Of a stretch of DNA of 64,000 nucleotides, positions 25,497 through 38,400 are shown piece after piece. The DNA comes from Ophelia neglecta. Taxonomy: Eukaryota. The stretch spans positions 36,766,001 through 36,830,000 of the forward strand of contig OZ260662.1 in NCBI GenBank assembly GCA_965285935.1. The letters run 5' to 3'. Both the position numbers and the translations under genes were made by a program. The notes under the pieces are model-generated. The model ran no database searches. It was not told the DNA's origin and saw nothing but the letters and a program-made list of their open reading frames with translations. Positions within the stretch are counted from its first letter, which is position 1, and every line of letters begins with the position of its first letter.

Positions 25497-28400
25497 TCAT
25501 GTGACCGAACACGTGATAGATTGTTTTTTGACAGTTGGTACTTTGCTCGACCTTTCTTCATCGTGGTCTGTTACAGTGTTAGACAGGTGTTGATGATCGA
25601 GGTCAGGTAAGTGTTGACAATCAGGGTCTTCTATTTCCTTTAAGCCATTCGCTTTTATTTCTACCGCCTCAGCCGTAACTTCCGTATCTCCTGCCAGCTT
25701 CTCTCCTTTGCCAATAAGAAAAAAGGTAGCCATTTTCCCTTTCCCTTTAATATCAATGTCTCCTCGTGTTTCAAATCGGTAGTCCGCCTTTTGTAGATAG
25801 CTGCAAAGAGATTCGCTTATGTACAGTGAAACCTGCCTTAAAGACCACCTTGATGATCAGACCACCTGTCAATACAGACCACTAATATGAAAACCATGTT
25901 GTATACATTCAATATTGAATAACCTGTCTTAACAGACCACCTCCAACATCAGACCAGTATTTTTCAGTCCCTTTGGTGGTTTTAATTCACAGGTTTCACT
26001 GTATATAGGTATCGCACATCAATAAAACAAGTCCTTAATTTGTCCGAAATTATTTTACTATGCTTCTCTGAAATCCCAAAATAACTTTTGAGAATTGGAA
26101 GACTTGTCCTTTCTATAATTTTCGCATTCAATATCAATTAATTAAGAAAAAAATGACAGAAGCAGGGCATGTCAGCAGTACCGTGCGTGTGAACTGGTAC
26201 GAATGAAAGGACTTAGTATCTGCGGACTCGGAGTCCTAAGGATTCAGTGTCCACGGACTCTGAATCCTAAGGAGTCAGTGTAAATGGACTCGAAGACCGT
26301 GGCCGCTCAGTCCTTAGGCACCGGCCGTCATGAAAGTTTAGCCCAGGTGCAGTGTAGTGGATAACAGGTCTCTAGTAGTGAAAGTGTCAATATTTCCTAA
26401 CTCTGCTTCAATAGATCAACCAGATCTAAATGCCCCACAGCTCCCCCCCCCCCCCACACACACACCTTAAACATGTTTATATATATTGATAATTGTATAC
26501 ATTACAATGATTAAAACGTATAGCGTCAATCCTGACGTGGACTCACAAACCTAGTTTAAAGATGTCCGCTAGAACTCTCAGTCCTCAGGACTGAGTGCAT
26601 TCCGGATGATACTTAGTCCTTTTACACCGGAAACAACTTGGTAAGCACACCCACCTGACGGTATCGAGGCTGACATGTATCCTTCCGGGCAGTCCATGGC
26701 TCTCCATCCGGCTCGCCGTATTGACCGTGTCACCAAACAAACAATAGCGAGGCATCTTCTCTCCGACAACACCCGCTACTACAGGCCCCGAATGAATACC
26801 AACTCGAATCTGTCAGAGCAAATCAACACTCATCGCAAAGTTGGTGAATTAAATCATAGACAAAGTTATAACTTACTGCAGTTTCTATACAGGCCTACAT
26901 GTCTCTTCTAGATCTATTGGTCATACAAATATGGATGTCAATCATATCCTGTTGGGGCTACATATTAATAATGAATGTTACATCACAGTTCCCCTGAGTA
27001 GATCTGTGTTTAAAATTACTTGCATGTATTTAAACTTTTTATGTACCAGGAATTACACAATGATATTCTTATACTACTATACATAAATACATAGGGAGTT
27101 ACTCTTGTTTAACAAATCATCTCCCTTCCCCAAATATGGCTGTATATTAAATTATTAAACCTACCTGCAGGGGTTTTCCTGTGGCCGGGGAGTGCACCTC
27201 TCTGGCTTTAAGCACCATATCAAGGGAGAAATCAGCAACCGGCGGGGCGTGATGCTGGGTGGCCTCGGGCACCCCGCCGACCACCATGTAGGCATCGCCA
27301 ATAGTCTCCACCTTCATACAAATATCACGACACATAATTAGCTATGTTAGTCTATATAAAGGATGAATCATGATTTGTAATCAATATTGGAGAAAAATTT
27401 AAGTTTAAAAAGTGTAGATGTAAGTTTGCGTATGTGTGTGAGTGGGGGGGGGGGGGGGTAATGTGTGTGAGGTGGAGGGGTTGCGAGGAAAAGTTGAAGT
27501 TGAAGTTGAAGTTTATTGTTCATATAACATTATTATTACAGTATTAGAAAATGACCAAGAAAAACATACATATATAATGGCTTTAAGCTGACAAATCACA
27601 ATTATAATCATCACATTATGAACAATGAACAATGAACAGAAAAAAAAAAAAAAAAAAAAAAGTCAAACCATCCAGGATATATTGAAATGTGTGGCTGAAG
27701 TAAAGAAAACTTATGTGCCACAAATAAGGTTTTAAAAACATGCCATGCCAAATGCTTATACATTCTAAGCGGCCAGCAAACAGCACAGTGTGAAGTTATG
27801 CGTACAGGAAATCATTAAAAGACAAATATTAGCAAATTAATTAGAAGAAAGAAATAGGCAGTTGCATACACAAATGATGATATACATTTAGTTTCCAGTC
27901 CACCAACCATAAAATCACCCGAGTACACGTCAGGATAAATCAGAAATTTTTCAACCCTGTTCAACCCCTCCCCCAAGCCCCCAAACCATAGCCATTACTA
28001 ATAGCTATCTTCTTCCTCAGTTTCATCAATGAAATAGCACTTAACATTCATTTTAAAAGTAGAGACGGAACACTTGAAATCAATAATATTAACAAATTCA
28101 TTAAATAATTTGACACTCTGATGTTTCGTGGAATTTAGAGTACAGACAAGCCGAAAAGGCCCCATTGTCAACACAAAAACGCGACATATTGGTACTTTAA
28201 TTTATTTTAACAGCTATTCTGACAGCTTTGTCACGCTACCTATTGATACAGTATTCAATTCACCCTAATTTTGTTTATAATTTTTGAAGATACATCCGTT
28301 TGACCTAGAATCTAGCATGAGGGTGCATCCAATCGGATACGTTGATCTTTGCTCAAACACCTACTTTATTATTAAAAGCGGACCATAAACAGCTGGGATA

Positions 28401-31400
28401 GACTTATGAGCATTTGAAAATTTCAAATTGGCGCTGTGATCACCATAAAAGCTAAGGTAGTATTTAACTTTGAAAGATCATAAAATCAAGACTTTAGATT
28501 TTGACATTTCTGCTCTTAAACACGATAATGCATACAGTATGATTGGGAGACACGTTAGGTATAGATAGGAAATTGAGGCCACGTACACATTCGACACATA
28601 AGTACCTTATACACTCCATGTAGCGTGGTAAGATGGTCAAATCGAGAGTACATCTCGTTAAGCATTTTAACTACTTGTATGGGAGGTACAGCTGCAGCAA
28701 TGTTGGTGAACGTGACGATATCGCTAAACAGTATAGTCACCATCTCAAACTTTTCTGAAAATATGGTAAGGTCAACGGAATAGATCTCATACATGTAAAT
28801 ATAAGTTGACCATCGAATACTCTTCTAGGAAATCATTATCATAGAATAGGCCTTATCATATATGTACGGGGGTCAAGTAAGTCCACCAGTTGGCCGATGT
28901 AGAAGTTTCAAAAAGATTAGTAGGGAGAGGGGGAAGGGGGAGGGGGGGGGGGTTCATGGTGAATGTGTTTGGTGAATGCCACCTTCCAGTAGGGTCTGAA
29001 GGCTAAGCGCCTACTGCCCTTTCTGGGAAGAAGCACCCAACAAAACATCATCTAACAGCTGTCCGCTTCCGCTTATGGGTAGACAGACCTTGTGTTTGTG
29101 GGAAAACAGACCTTGTGTGTGTGTGTGTGGAGGGGGGGGGGGGGGGGGGGAGGCCCGCTCTCTTCTGCCAGTGTCGCCTTGTCCCACTTTTAGCTATCAC
29201 ACTCAATCACTTAAAAGCTTAATAAAATAATGTATCGCACTCCTTTTGATCTGATTGGCTCCATGATTATTCAAACCTTATTAACTCAACTCCCATGTTC
29301 TCTTTGCTGAAGACTATAACAGTGTACATTCCAAGATGAGATACATTGTAAAGGGACGAATTTTCAAAAATCTCAGGTTTGTCAGGTAAGAATATAAAAG
29401 ACGAAAAAAAAGTGTTCAAGCAATAAGCGTTGACTTTTACATACACACTAACTGATATATTTATATCTCTTGAACAATAACCGTTACTCATGGTAAAATT
29501 GTCAGACAGTAATAAAGTAGTTTTACCACGTTTTTCTTTAGCATGTAAATGGACGAAATTTTCAAAAATCTCAGGTCTTGTCAGGTAAGAATATAAAAGA
29601 CGATAAAAAAGTGTTCAAGCAATAAGCGTTGACTTTTACATACACACTAACTGATATATTTATATCTCTTGAACAATAATCGTTACTCATGGTAAAATTG
29701 TCAGACAGTAATAAAGTAGTTTTACCACGTTTTTCTTTAGCATGTAAATGGATGAATTTTCAAAAATCTCAGGTCTTGTCAGGTAAGAATATTAAAGACG
29801 ATAAAAAAGTGTTCAAGCAATAAGCGTTGACTTTTACATACACACTAACTGATATATATATATATATATATCTTGAACAATAACCGTTACTCATGGTAAA
29901 ATTGTCAGACAGTAATAAAGTAGTTTTACCACGTTTTTCTTTAGTATGACAGTGCACGACAGGGTGTAAGTTGTTATAGTATTAAGTTTACCGGCTTCTG
30001 CTCGTTTGCCCTCTCTAAGCTGATTTGCAATCTTGATCGGTAACATCTGAAACAGTAACATGTCTGTTTTGCCTTTCTCCTTCTCCAAAGCTCTGCTCGT
30101 CTTCTTCAACTCTGCAGTGGTCTCGTCCAACTTTTTACTGCGCGCAGGAGACGAAACAATAGCTTTGGTTCATCCGTGGCGTACAAGTTTGTGCGTATCA
30201 ACAAATGGTAAAAGCTGAACAATTGTTTACTCGATTTCAACATTCTTTCTTGTTTTAGGCCTACACGTGAAAGAGGTTTTTTTGACCCATTTAAGCCTAT
30301 AGTACACCAGCCCTAGTATTTAAGAACCTGTTTTGCTACACGGCTATCGGTTCCTTACCTAACATCAAGCTCTGCTAGCCGCTGCTGGTTGAGAAGCACA
30401 AGCTCACGTGTGACGTCATACAGGGGTATGTCGGATAAGAACAGATTGCGTTCTTCGAGGTCGTCCAAGCTCGTCAGGCGGGGTGAACCGATAAACATCA
30501 TGTGATTCACATCCTCCAGCCAAATCATTTGACCTATAGGGGAAAAAAAAACTGCCATGAAGTAAAAAGGGTACACTATCGGATTTAAAAGGATAAGCAA
30601 TTATCTTTACCACTCCTTTCGTTAGGTTAGCAACTTCACATAACATAATGTGCGGGTGATTGTTTGGGGGCGGGGAGGGGGGGGGGGTAGGAGTTCATTT
30701 CCATTTTTTCTACCCCATCTTTTATAAACAACCACATTTTTTGTATTAAATTTACTGTGGCCAGAAGTTGAAAAACAAGCTTTAAAAATATCGTTGCCCC
30801 CCTCCCCTCCCCCCCGGTTATCTTAAGTTGCGTCTCGTAGTAGCACTTTCTTATCAACATTCGGTTCATTAAACTCATGGCTTCCGCTATATGAAGATAG
30901 AATTGGTTTAATAGTGTTAATAGCTACGTGTTTCTAACCATTCACCTTTTAGGGTAAGACGACTTTGTTTGATAGGCATTCCAATATCAGAATTGAAAGG
31001 CAATACTTTACTTTCTAAAATGTATGAAGCGTTGCAGAATCTAAGAATGTGATTAAATGTCAAGGGCATCTGTGGTTGAGCCAGAGCGAACAAGTCACCA
31101 AGCTGCACTGGTTTCCGTAGTGTCATGTTTTTGGCGATTCTGACGCCACACTGCTTGACAACAAGAGAGTTATCAAATACAACATGAAAAGGGAAAATGT
31201 TGCACAGCATGAGGGGCGATATGATTGGTTCATCGGGAATAAGGCAAGACCTCGGACGAGTGAAGACAGCCAATTCCTGATTAGTTGAAGCCGACATCCT
31301 TATGAATGTGACTTCGAACACCACGTGACTAAGAGTTCTCTCACTGCCAAACTGTTCCATGTTGTTTTCTTTCAGGACAAGGCTGACGCTTTCCTTATAG

Positions 31401-32410
31401 AGTTCTCTACCAACGGCCTTTACCAGTCCTCAATTGAAATATTTGATTGAATTGTTACAACGCGTATCAGATTTATAAAGAAATATAAATTTTCTTCCCT
31501 TAAATATGTATTATTATCATTGGTATCACGTTTCAATAAAACGGCTACATACTAGTATGTGAAACGCTCAACCCTAGCATTTTGTTTTATTTCATATGTA
31601 TGAAAAGTTCAATTTGGCGACATTTTACATTAAAATAAAATTTTATACACTCACCTATTACTATTGGGTACAAGCCAGGCCTTGAGCTGTAATAGTGTAA
31701 TAAAAGGCCGCCTTCACTGGGTTCACATCTTAAGGGAAAATTTTGTTTTACACCAGGAAGACCATTGCATAACAAGGGAATATCCAGAGGTAAAACCGGC
31801 ATAGATTAAACTAATCATGGTATATGGCTAGAAATAGTTGATTACAGAAGAGCCGTTATTTTGAAATAAGCCAATTCCTTCAAAATTATTCAAAGCTTAA
31901 AATAATTTCGGAAAGTAGTAAATTCTTCCAATGCTGGCTCATATTGCAATAGCTGAATCGTACCTGAAGGAAGGGGCATCTATATTCTTGTAAGACATTG
32001 ATAGCAGAGCGTGTAAAGAGTCCAAATTTTGTATAAATGTCTGAATGTTGTCGCCTAACGTACGTAACATCTTGTCATAGCCGTGCTTCATACAGTAAGT
32101 GAAGAAATAATCACCGAATAGTTCAAATACCGTCTCCATGGATACATCTGGAACCGGAAAAATGATTACAAAAGCGAACCGTCGTACAAATCAGAAGGAT
32201 GCTATGCTATCCGAAGAATATTACGCTGAGATGCGTTGCAATGCTTTCATTATATATAGCTAATGCTAAAAGTTCAATAATGGCTGTTACACTCATGTTA
32301 AGCCTATTATAGATAATAGAAAATCAAACACCCACTATATGAATCCGCTCATGCCAGCTATTTTTGTCTAAACAAAATGGAAGTCTCCATGCCCGGTTTA
32401 TTTTTATATC

Positions 32411-32485
<75 letters not shown>

Positions 32486-35400
32486 ATTCTGAATCTAAGT
32501 ACACGAAGTTAATTTAACGTTGTTAGATATGTGTGTGTTTGGCTCACCGAGCACTTCGGCTGCGGCTCTGACAAGGGAGACGGTAGTGACGTCATCATAC
32601 CGCTCAAACGTCATGAAATGTTCAATGGCGTCACACCCAGATCTTTCTCTGTGAAATAAAAATTTGAATTATGACGGACCACTAGAAAGACCTACATTAG
32701 TAATAAAACTGGTAAATATTTATTTATAATGCTTAGTTCCCTATAGATATTCGATCGCGAGGGCGGTCATCGTTCTGAATTTATATACAGCAAATATCCG
32801 AGCCGTACACTTTTCGAATTATAATCGAAAGGAAACAGGATAGTTGAATACAAATTGATAATTTAACTTAATAAAAAAATAATATGACAGGATTGCAAGT
32901 ACATGTTCTGATATAAACGGGAAGCAACCTAAAGTACACGAATGATAAAAAAACAAATGAACTGATTAAAGATTCAAAAATGAAATAGTTAACTGCCTCC
33001 TCCAAACTAACAACTGATGACACCAACCCTATAATTGTAAACACAAAATCCAACATGGTGTTCACTTACAAAATGTCCCGCCAACATGTCTCTCCAAATT
33101 TTTCCAACACAAGTGATCTGATGCAAACATGAATTTGTCCATACTGAAATGAAGATCACATGTGTAGTATGATTGAGGAGAATTATGGCGTTGCTGACAA
33201 GCCTAAATGATTAGGTCTGTGATCAAAGAATTGTACGCTGCTATCTTATTTTGGTAATTTTGCGGAAGGAAATCGAGCCATACTTCAATAGTTGAGTAAA
33301 TACAGTTGTTTGCATAGCGTATCAAAGGAGATATTTGTAACAGGCAGGTTGTTTGCGGTTAATCATGCTGTGATTAACGCAAAGTTTTTCAAGTTGTTAA
33401 TCAAGGTTGACATATTTAAATTGAGCATAGATGACAGGGTATCCTTGTCAATGAGTTGATAATAAGCTTGCCCTTAAATTTTCCCCATATTACCTTTGAA
33501 TATATTATGTTCCCACATGTTAATAAACACTGTACCCACTATGTTAGGTACACCATCTTTACAATGTCATGTGTGTATATATATATATATAAGTAGGCTA
33601 GGAACATTATGATAACTTTGATAAAAATTCAAGGGCTTGTGGAATATAACAACCCAGACTAGCCAACAAACACTACTGCCAAAAAGGCGAATGCCTACTT
33701 TTAGGAACATTTTAATGCTTTGACATATTCAGCAAAAACTGATCTAACTAATTAAATCACTCCTCCATATATAATAACAGTAATAATTGACCTGATTTGA
33801 TAGGATATATTTTCATTTTGGAACTATGGCCACAATGGCGCTGACAGGTATAACTTGTCGAAATGGCTTAAGGAGGTAGACCACCATGTTTTCATAAAAT
33901 AGGAGCAACAATTTAGAATATCAATGATTCCCAATAAATGTATTCATGTATTCTGTCTACCTTTAGAAGACCAATAAGTATAAACTGTTCTATCTTGTGT
34001 CCCTTGTTTCATGAAGTCAGGATGGACTACTCCCTTTTAAGTTACCCGATTCAGTAGTGCCGACATAGCGTATTGCGCTCGACTTGGTTACCTAATGGCA
34101 AAATAGCCATAGTTACGTAATCTTTAAGAATTTTGGCAATACAAGCTTTGAATCCATTGATTGCTGTTAGTGGTATACATATATATAGTCGATCGCGATT
34201 GTGTTTTTACTCTGTTCACAGAACTAGAAGTAACACACGGGGTAGGGAGACTGCAGTACGTATGTGTCAATATCAGTACAATGGCAGGGCGTATTAACAT
34301 ACTATTAATGCAAAGGTTTAGGGCAGCATCATTCAATTAGTAGGCAGGTAAAATATAGCTCAACACAGCAAAGACAAACAGCGGTAGCCTTCTGCATTTG
34401 CAACATCACCAATTTTTGAGCAGTTGCTGCCATTTACCACCCATACAAAACATGCCTATCCATTTATCCAAAGTCAAAAACAAATTTAAAGAGATCGCAC
34501 CCTGTCCATTAAAACTTTGTAAAATTGTATGTTGAAGTTCCACCCGGTTTCTGCCTTTTCATCACGAATATTCAACAAAATAATGAGAGAAAAATGAGTT
34601 CAATTTTTTCCTTGTTGCGCGGCCTCAGACCTTCCTTTTTTTAGCAAACTAACATATAAAGTTGCGGATGCCTGAGTCTGAGAGACCAACATCTGTTTTC
34701 GCTACAAATATACTGTGATGCTTTCTGTTTGTGTGTGAATTCCTCTTTAGAATGAGTTGCCGTATCATCTGCGTCCCTGTGAAAACTTTTTCTGTCTAAA
34801 ACCTTGGGAAAAAATCATCTAACATCTCGGGCATGCCTTTATCAATACCCGGTTAGAATTCCAAAGTAATTCCTTTTTGTTTGGAAAACCGGGGACCCAG
34901 CTGGCACGGGGAATTACGTGTACATTACGCCTCTCATCCTTACATACCTTGCCCTGGCAACCTGTGCTGGCCCGGATCAATTTCACAATTTGCCTCCTGT
35001 CGTGTATGGCACAGCATGATATGCCCCTGTGTATCGTAAGAAATAGCTCTCATTACATTACCCATCGAGGGTCCTCCGACCCTCACGGAGGTGCCTTCTG
35101 ACTGTGCCACGCACAAGAACCTGCGGTTATGGAGACCGTTCGTTTTCTGTTTGTGAACCCAGTCTGTAGAATCGGTTATCATATCATCAGCGTTCCTGTG
35201 ATAACTTTTGTTCTTTAATATAAGATATATAGAACACCTTATAGGTATCAATTAATTAGTTTTTATTATTTCTATTTCTTATTGTACAGTCATATTCAGA
35301 GGTTCCCCTGAATATGGGGCTTTATAAATGATTCTATAGAAATAAAAGTCCCCCCCCCCCCTACCCTCACCCCCACCGCACCCCTTTTTCTAATGGTACT

Positions 35401-38400
35401 TACATGTACATATAATATCCCGGGTATGAGTATAGTCTCACTGATAGTAAGATATGGAAAAGATTTTTGTTTCAAAGCTCATTTATTACCAGACACCGGA
35501 AGAATAATAACTTCCATTCGCAATCGCATTCGTTAATTTCCTGCGTTTCTTTGCTGAGTATTGGTTCATGTAATATCCTAATGGAATAATCGGGATTGTA
35601 ATTGTTCAAATCTTCGACATCGGATTCAACCGAACACCATGTTAATACCCGACCAAGCAAGTCTTTGAGGGAAATGGATGCTGAAATGTCGCAGATTACA
35701 TCATACTGACACAAAGAGGCTTGCAAAAAGTTTTATGTCTGTAGTCTATTGCAGTATTTATAGTATATGTTCCTTGTATTCACATAGTCATTAACGCGCC
35801 TTGGTACGCGGAGATGGCTTCACCATGCTAATACCTTTGTACAAGCAAAACTCCAGAATTTTTTCACAAGCCGTCTGTGAAATATAATGCAGTATGATCG
35901 GTTAATGGTTCGTTTCCTTGCATGAAGGCTTGGGGCAAATTTGCTTATTACACCGAAGACTTATTGTGGCGATATTACTATCAGGTAGAGCTTTTTTTTC
36001 AAGGAAGGGGAAAAAGTGATACAATAAACTGAGAATAAGGGGATGCAAAATTTTTCAAATTTCAATTTCAATTTGTCTCAAATGATATTAGAGTGTGTTT
36101 CATCGTACGGGGGATGAGTGGAAAGTTATACACAACTTTTCAGTAGAAAATAATAACCGTGTTGGCCATTAGGGTGTGTGACATTCTTTTCTCAATAAAA
36201 ACTTGCTCTTCAAAGAACCTATTTACAAAGTATTTAAACATTAGGATTGCGTCACATATTACGTTACCTGCTGAGGACAGACTCTGTCCAGATACATGGA
36301 TATTGTATCATGTGTGTATATTTATATAAAAGGCTTAAGGTTAGAACCCACAAAGTACATGGTACAAAACCTTGAACGTGACAATATTAACGTGTTAACT
36401 TTGAGTGTTCACTTCGACAAGTCTTTAGATGAAAGAAGAAATCCATCATATGTTTAGCTAGCGTGCGGTTGATGTCTTTGATCCCATGCCACAATACCGT
36501 TGATTACAATAGGTATAAGCCATTTGCATTAACTTGTCAAATCTGAAGAAATATACAATGCCTTGTCAGGTTTAAATAAATGGGTACGTTTCAATGGCAA
36601 ACATGAAATTTGGCTTTTATACCACCGCCTATATTAACGACCAGTCTATGTGAATGTGCATTGAACACTAATCGGGTTAGCCAACCTAATATTTATCTTA
36701 AACCGGCAAACTCATTATTTGCCATCATTAATTCACATAATGTATCATTGCAAACAGTATATTTTAAAAATAAGACTTGTGGACATTTTAAACTTAAGCG
36801 TTATCTATATTGTATAAGAATGAGAATCTTACCAAATCTTAGTGTATTTAACAGCCTGCTTACTATGCCAAACAACAAATACCCACCAGCCATATACCAG
36901 TCTGCTTACAGGAAGCCAGCGAGTGCCATTTATAAATAACAAATGGAAAGTGCATGGAAGATAATCGAAAAATGTAAAAACCTTTGGTAAGGGATGTGAC
37001 ATCAAACAGCTATACACAGTTCTTTAGAACTGTATGAATTCAACCATAATTGGGCGTACATTGGAATATTAACCACCGAATGGTTGGATGATTTGCTATC
37101 GAAACGGCTACTGAGTGAAGCTAGAATGGCGATGTATCAAAATACTTCTAATCGGAAAACAAATCAAAATGGTGTCAAAGAATACTTTCATTATTTCATC
37201 ATTTTGTCTGGACAGCTTTTATATTCTGCTATTTTAAGCAAACTTGATGTAATGGAGTGAGCCAACAAACATGAGTCATATTCACCTCTGTTACTTTACC
37301 AGATCGTTTTTTATCACTGGTAGTTTATACTGATTTCGACTGCTATTGTAGCGCCCCTTCTAAAGAAATTGGCTTGGACTCCAACAAGAATTCTGAAGAT
37401 TTACAGGCAATTTATCCTTCGTCTCAATAAGCTTTGAGCTAGTGGTGTCTGCCCCTCTCCACGCTCAACTGTGTACTAACGGTCTGCATGAGCACCTCCA
37501 GATTGCTTACAAGCCTGGACACTCCGCGGAGACGCCTCAGCTCCGTGTGCATAATGGCATTCTTACAACCATGTACAGGGCATTGTTAAGCTTATGCTCC
37601 TTGGTTTAAGAGCTGCATTTGACACCATTGGCCATACCATTCAGTTAGACTGTATGGAAGCCATGGTGGATCCGTCCTCGGGCCAGTACATTTATTGACA
37701 TATGTATAAATGCTGCCCCTGGGTCTCCACATACGCCGTCATGGGTTTAGCCTGTTTGTGTATGCAGATGACATTCAGATATATATGGCTTTGCAGGGCC
37801 TGACTCCCGAGTCTCTTTTACATGGTATCTCAGCAATTGACCTTTATTTGGTTGCAGTCTTGAAATTGATGACCCACAACTTTCAAAACTGAACACTGAC
37901 AGGATCAAAATTGTAAAAGACATATCAACTTGCTAAATGCAATGTTTTCGTCACGTTCAGTGGGAGACACTACATTTCTTGCTCAAACTAGGCCAGTTCG
38001 CATTCGGGGAGTTTCGTTTGACAACTCTCTTACTAGGACATCCAGGTGTGTAGTGAGGTTAGGTCAACCATTTTCCCCGTCTTGCGTACCCGGAAATCAT
38101 TAAAAATCGAAACCACCAAAAGTTTTGTCACTGCCCTGGTTCTATCTCGACCGGACTACTGTCATTCTCTTTTGAGTGGTGTTTCCCTGAAATTAATTAT
38201 CAGGCTTCAGCGACTTCAGAACTGCGCAGCTCCTCGTGTGTTTCTTTCCAGTAGGCCTGTCTCTACTTTGCATTTCAGAACTTGTGGATGTTTACAACCC
38301 TTCACGGTTTAGTTAGGTCTATGTCAGAACATCTTCTCAAGGGGGAGATTGCTCACTGCAGGTGATAGTCTCTCTCCTTTTATAGACCTATGCTGTGGAA

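Noticed and set aside
26160-26640. GGACTC/AGTCC-rich repeated motifs and a tRNA A-box-like stretch near 26345
   Set aside because: No cloverleaf, B-box or definable termini. Probably a transposon scrap, but not supportable as a named feature.
29267-29957. Two similar short ORFs (MSNGYCSR...)
   Set aside because: Produced by the ~198-bp intronic triplication.
37028-37260. Stop-free plus-strand stretch (ELYEFNHNW...)
   Set aside because: No recognisable homology or convincing splice structure.
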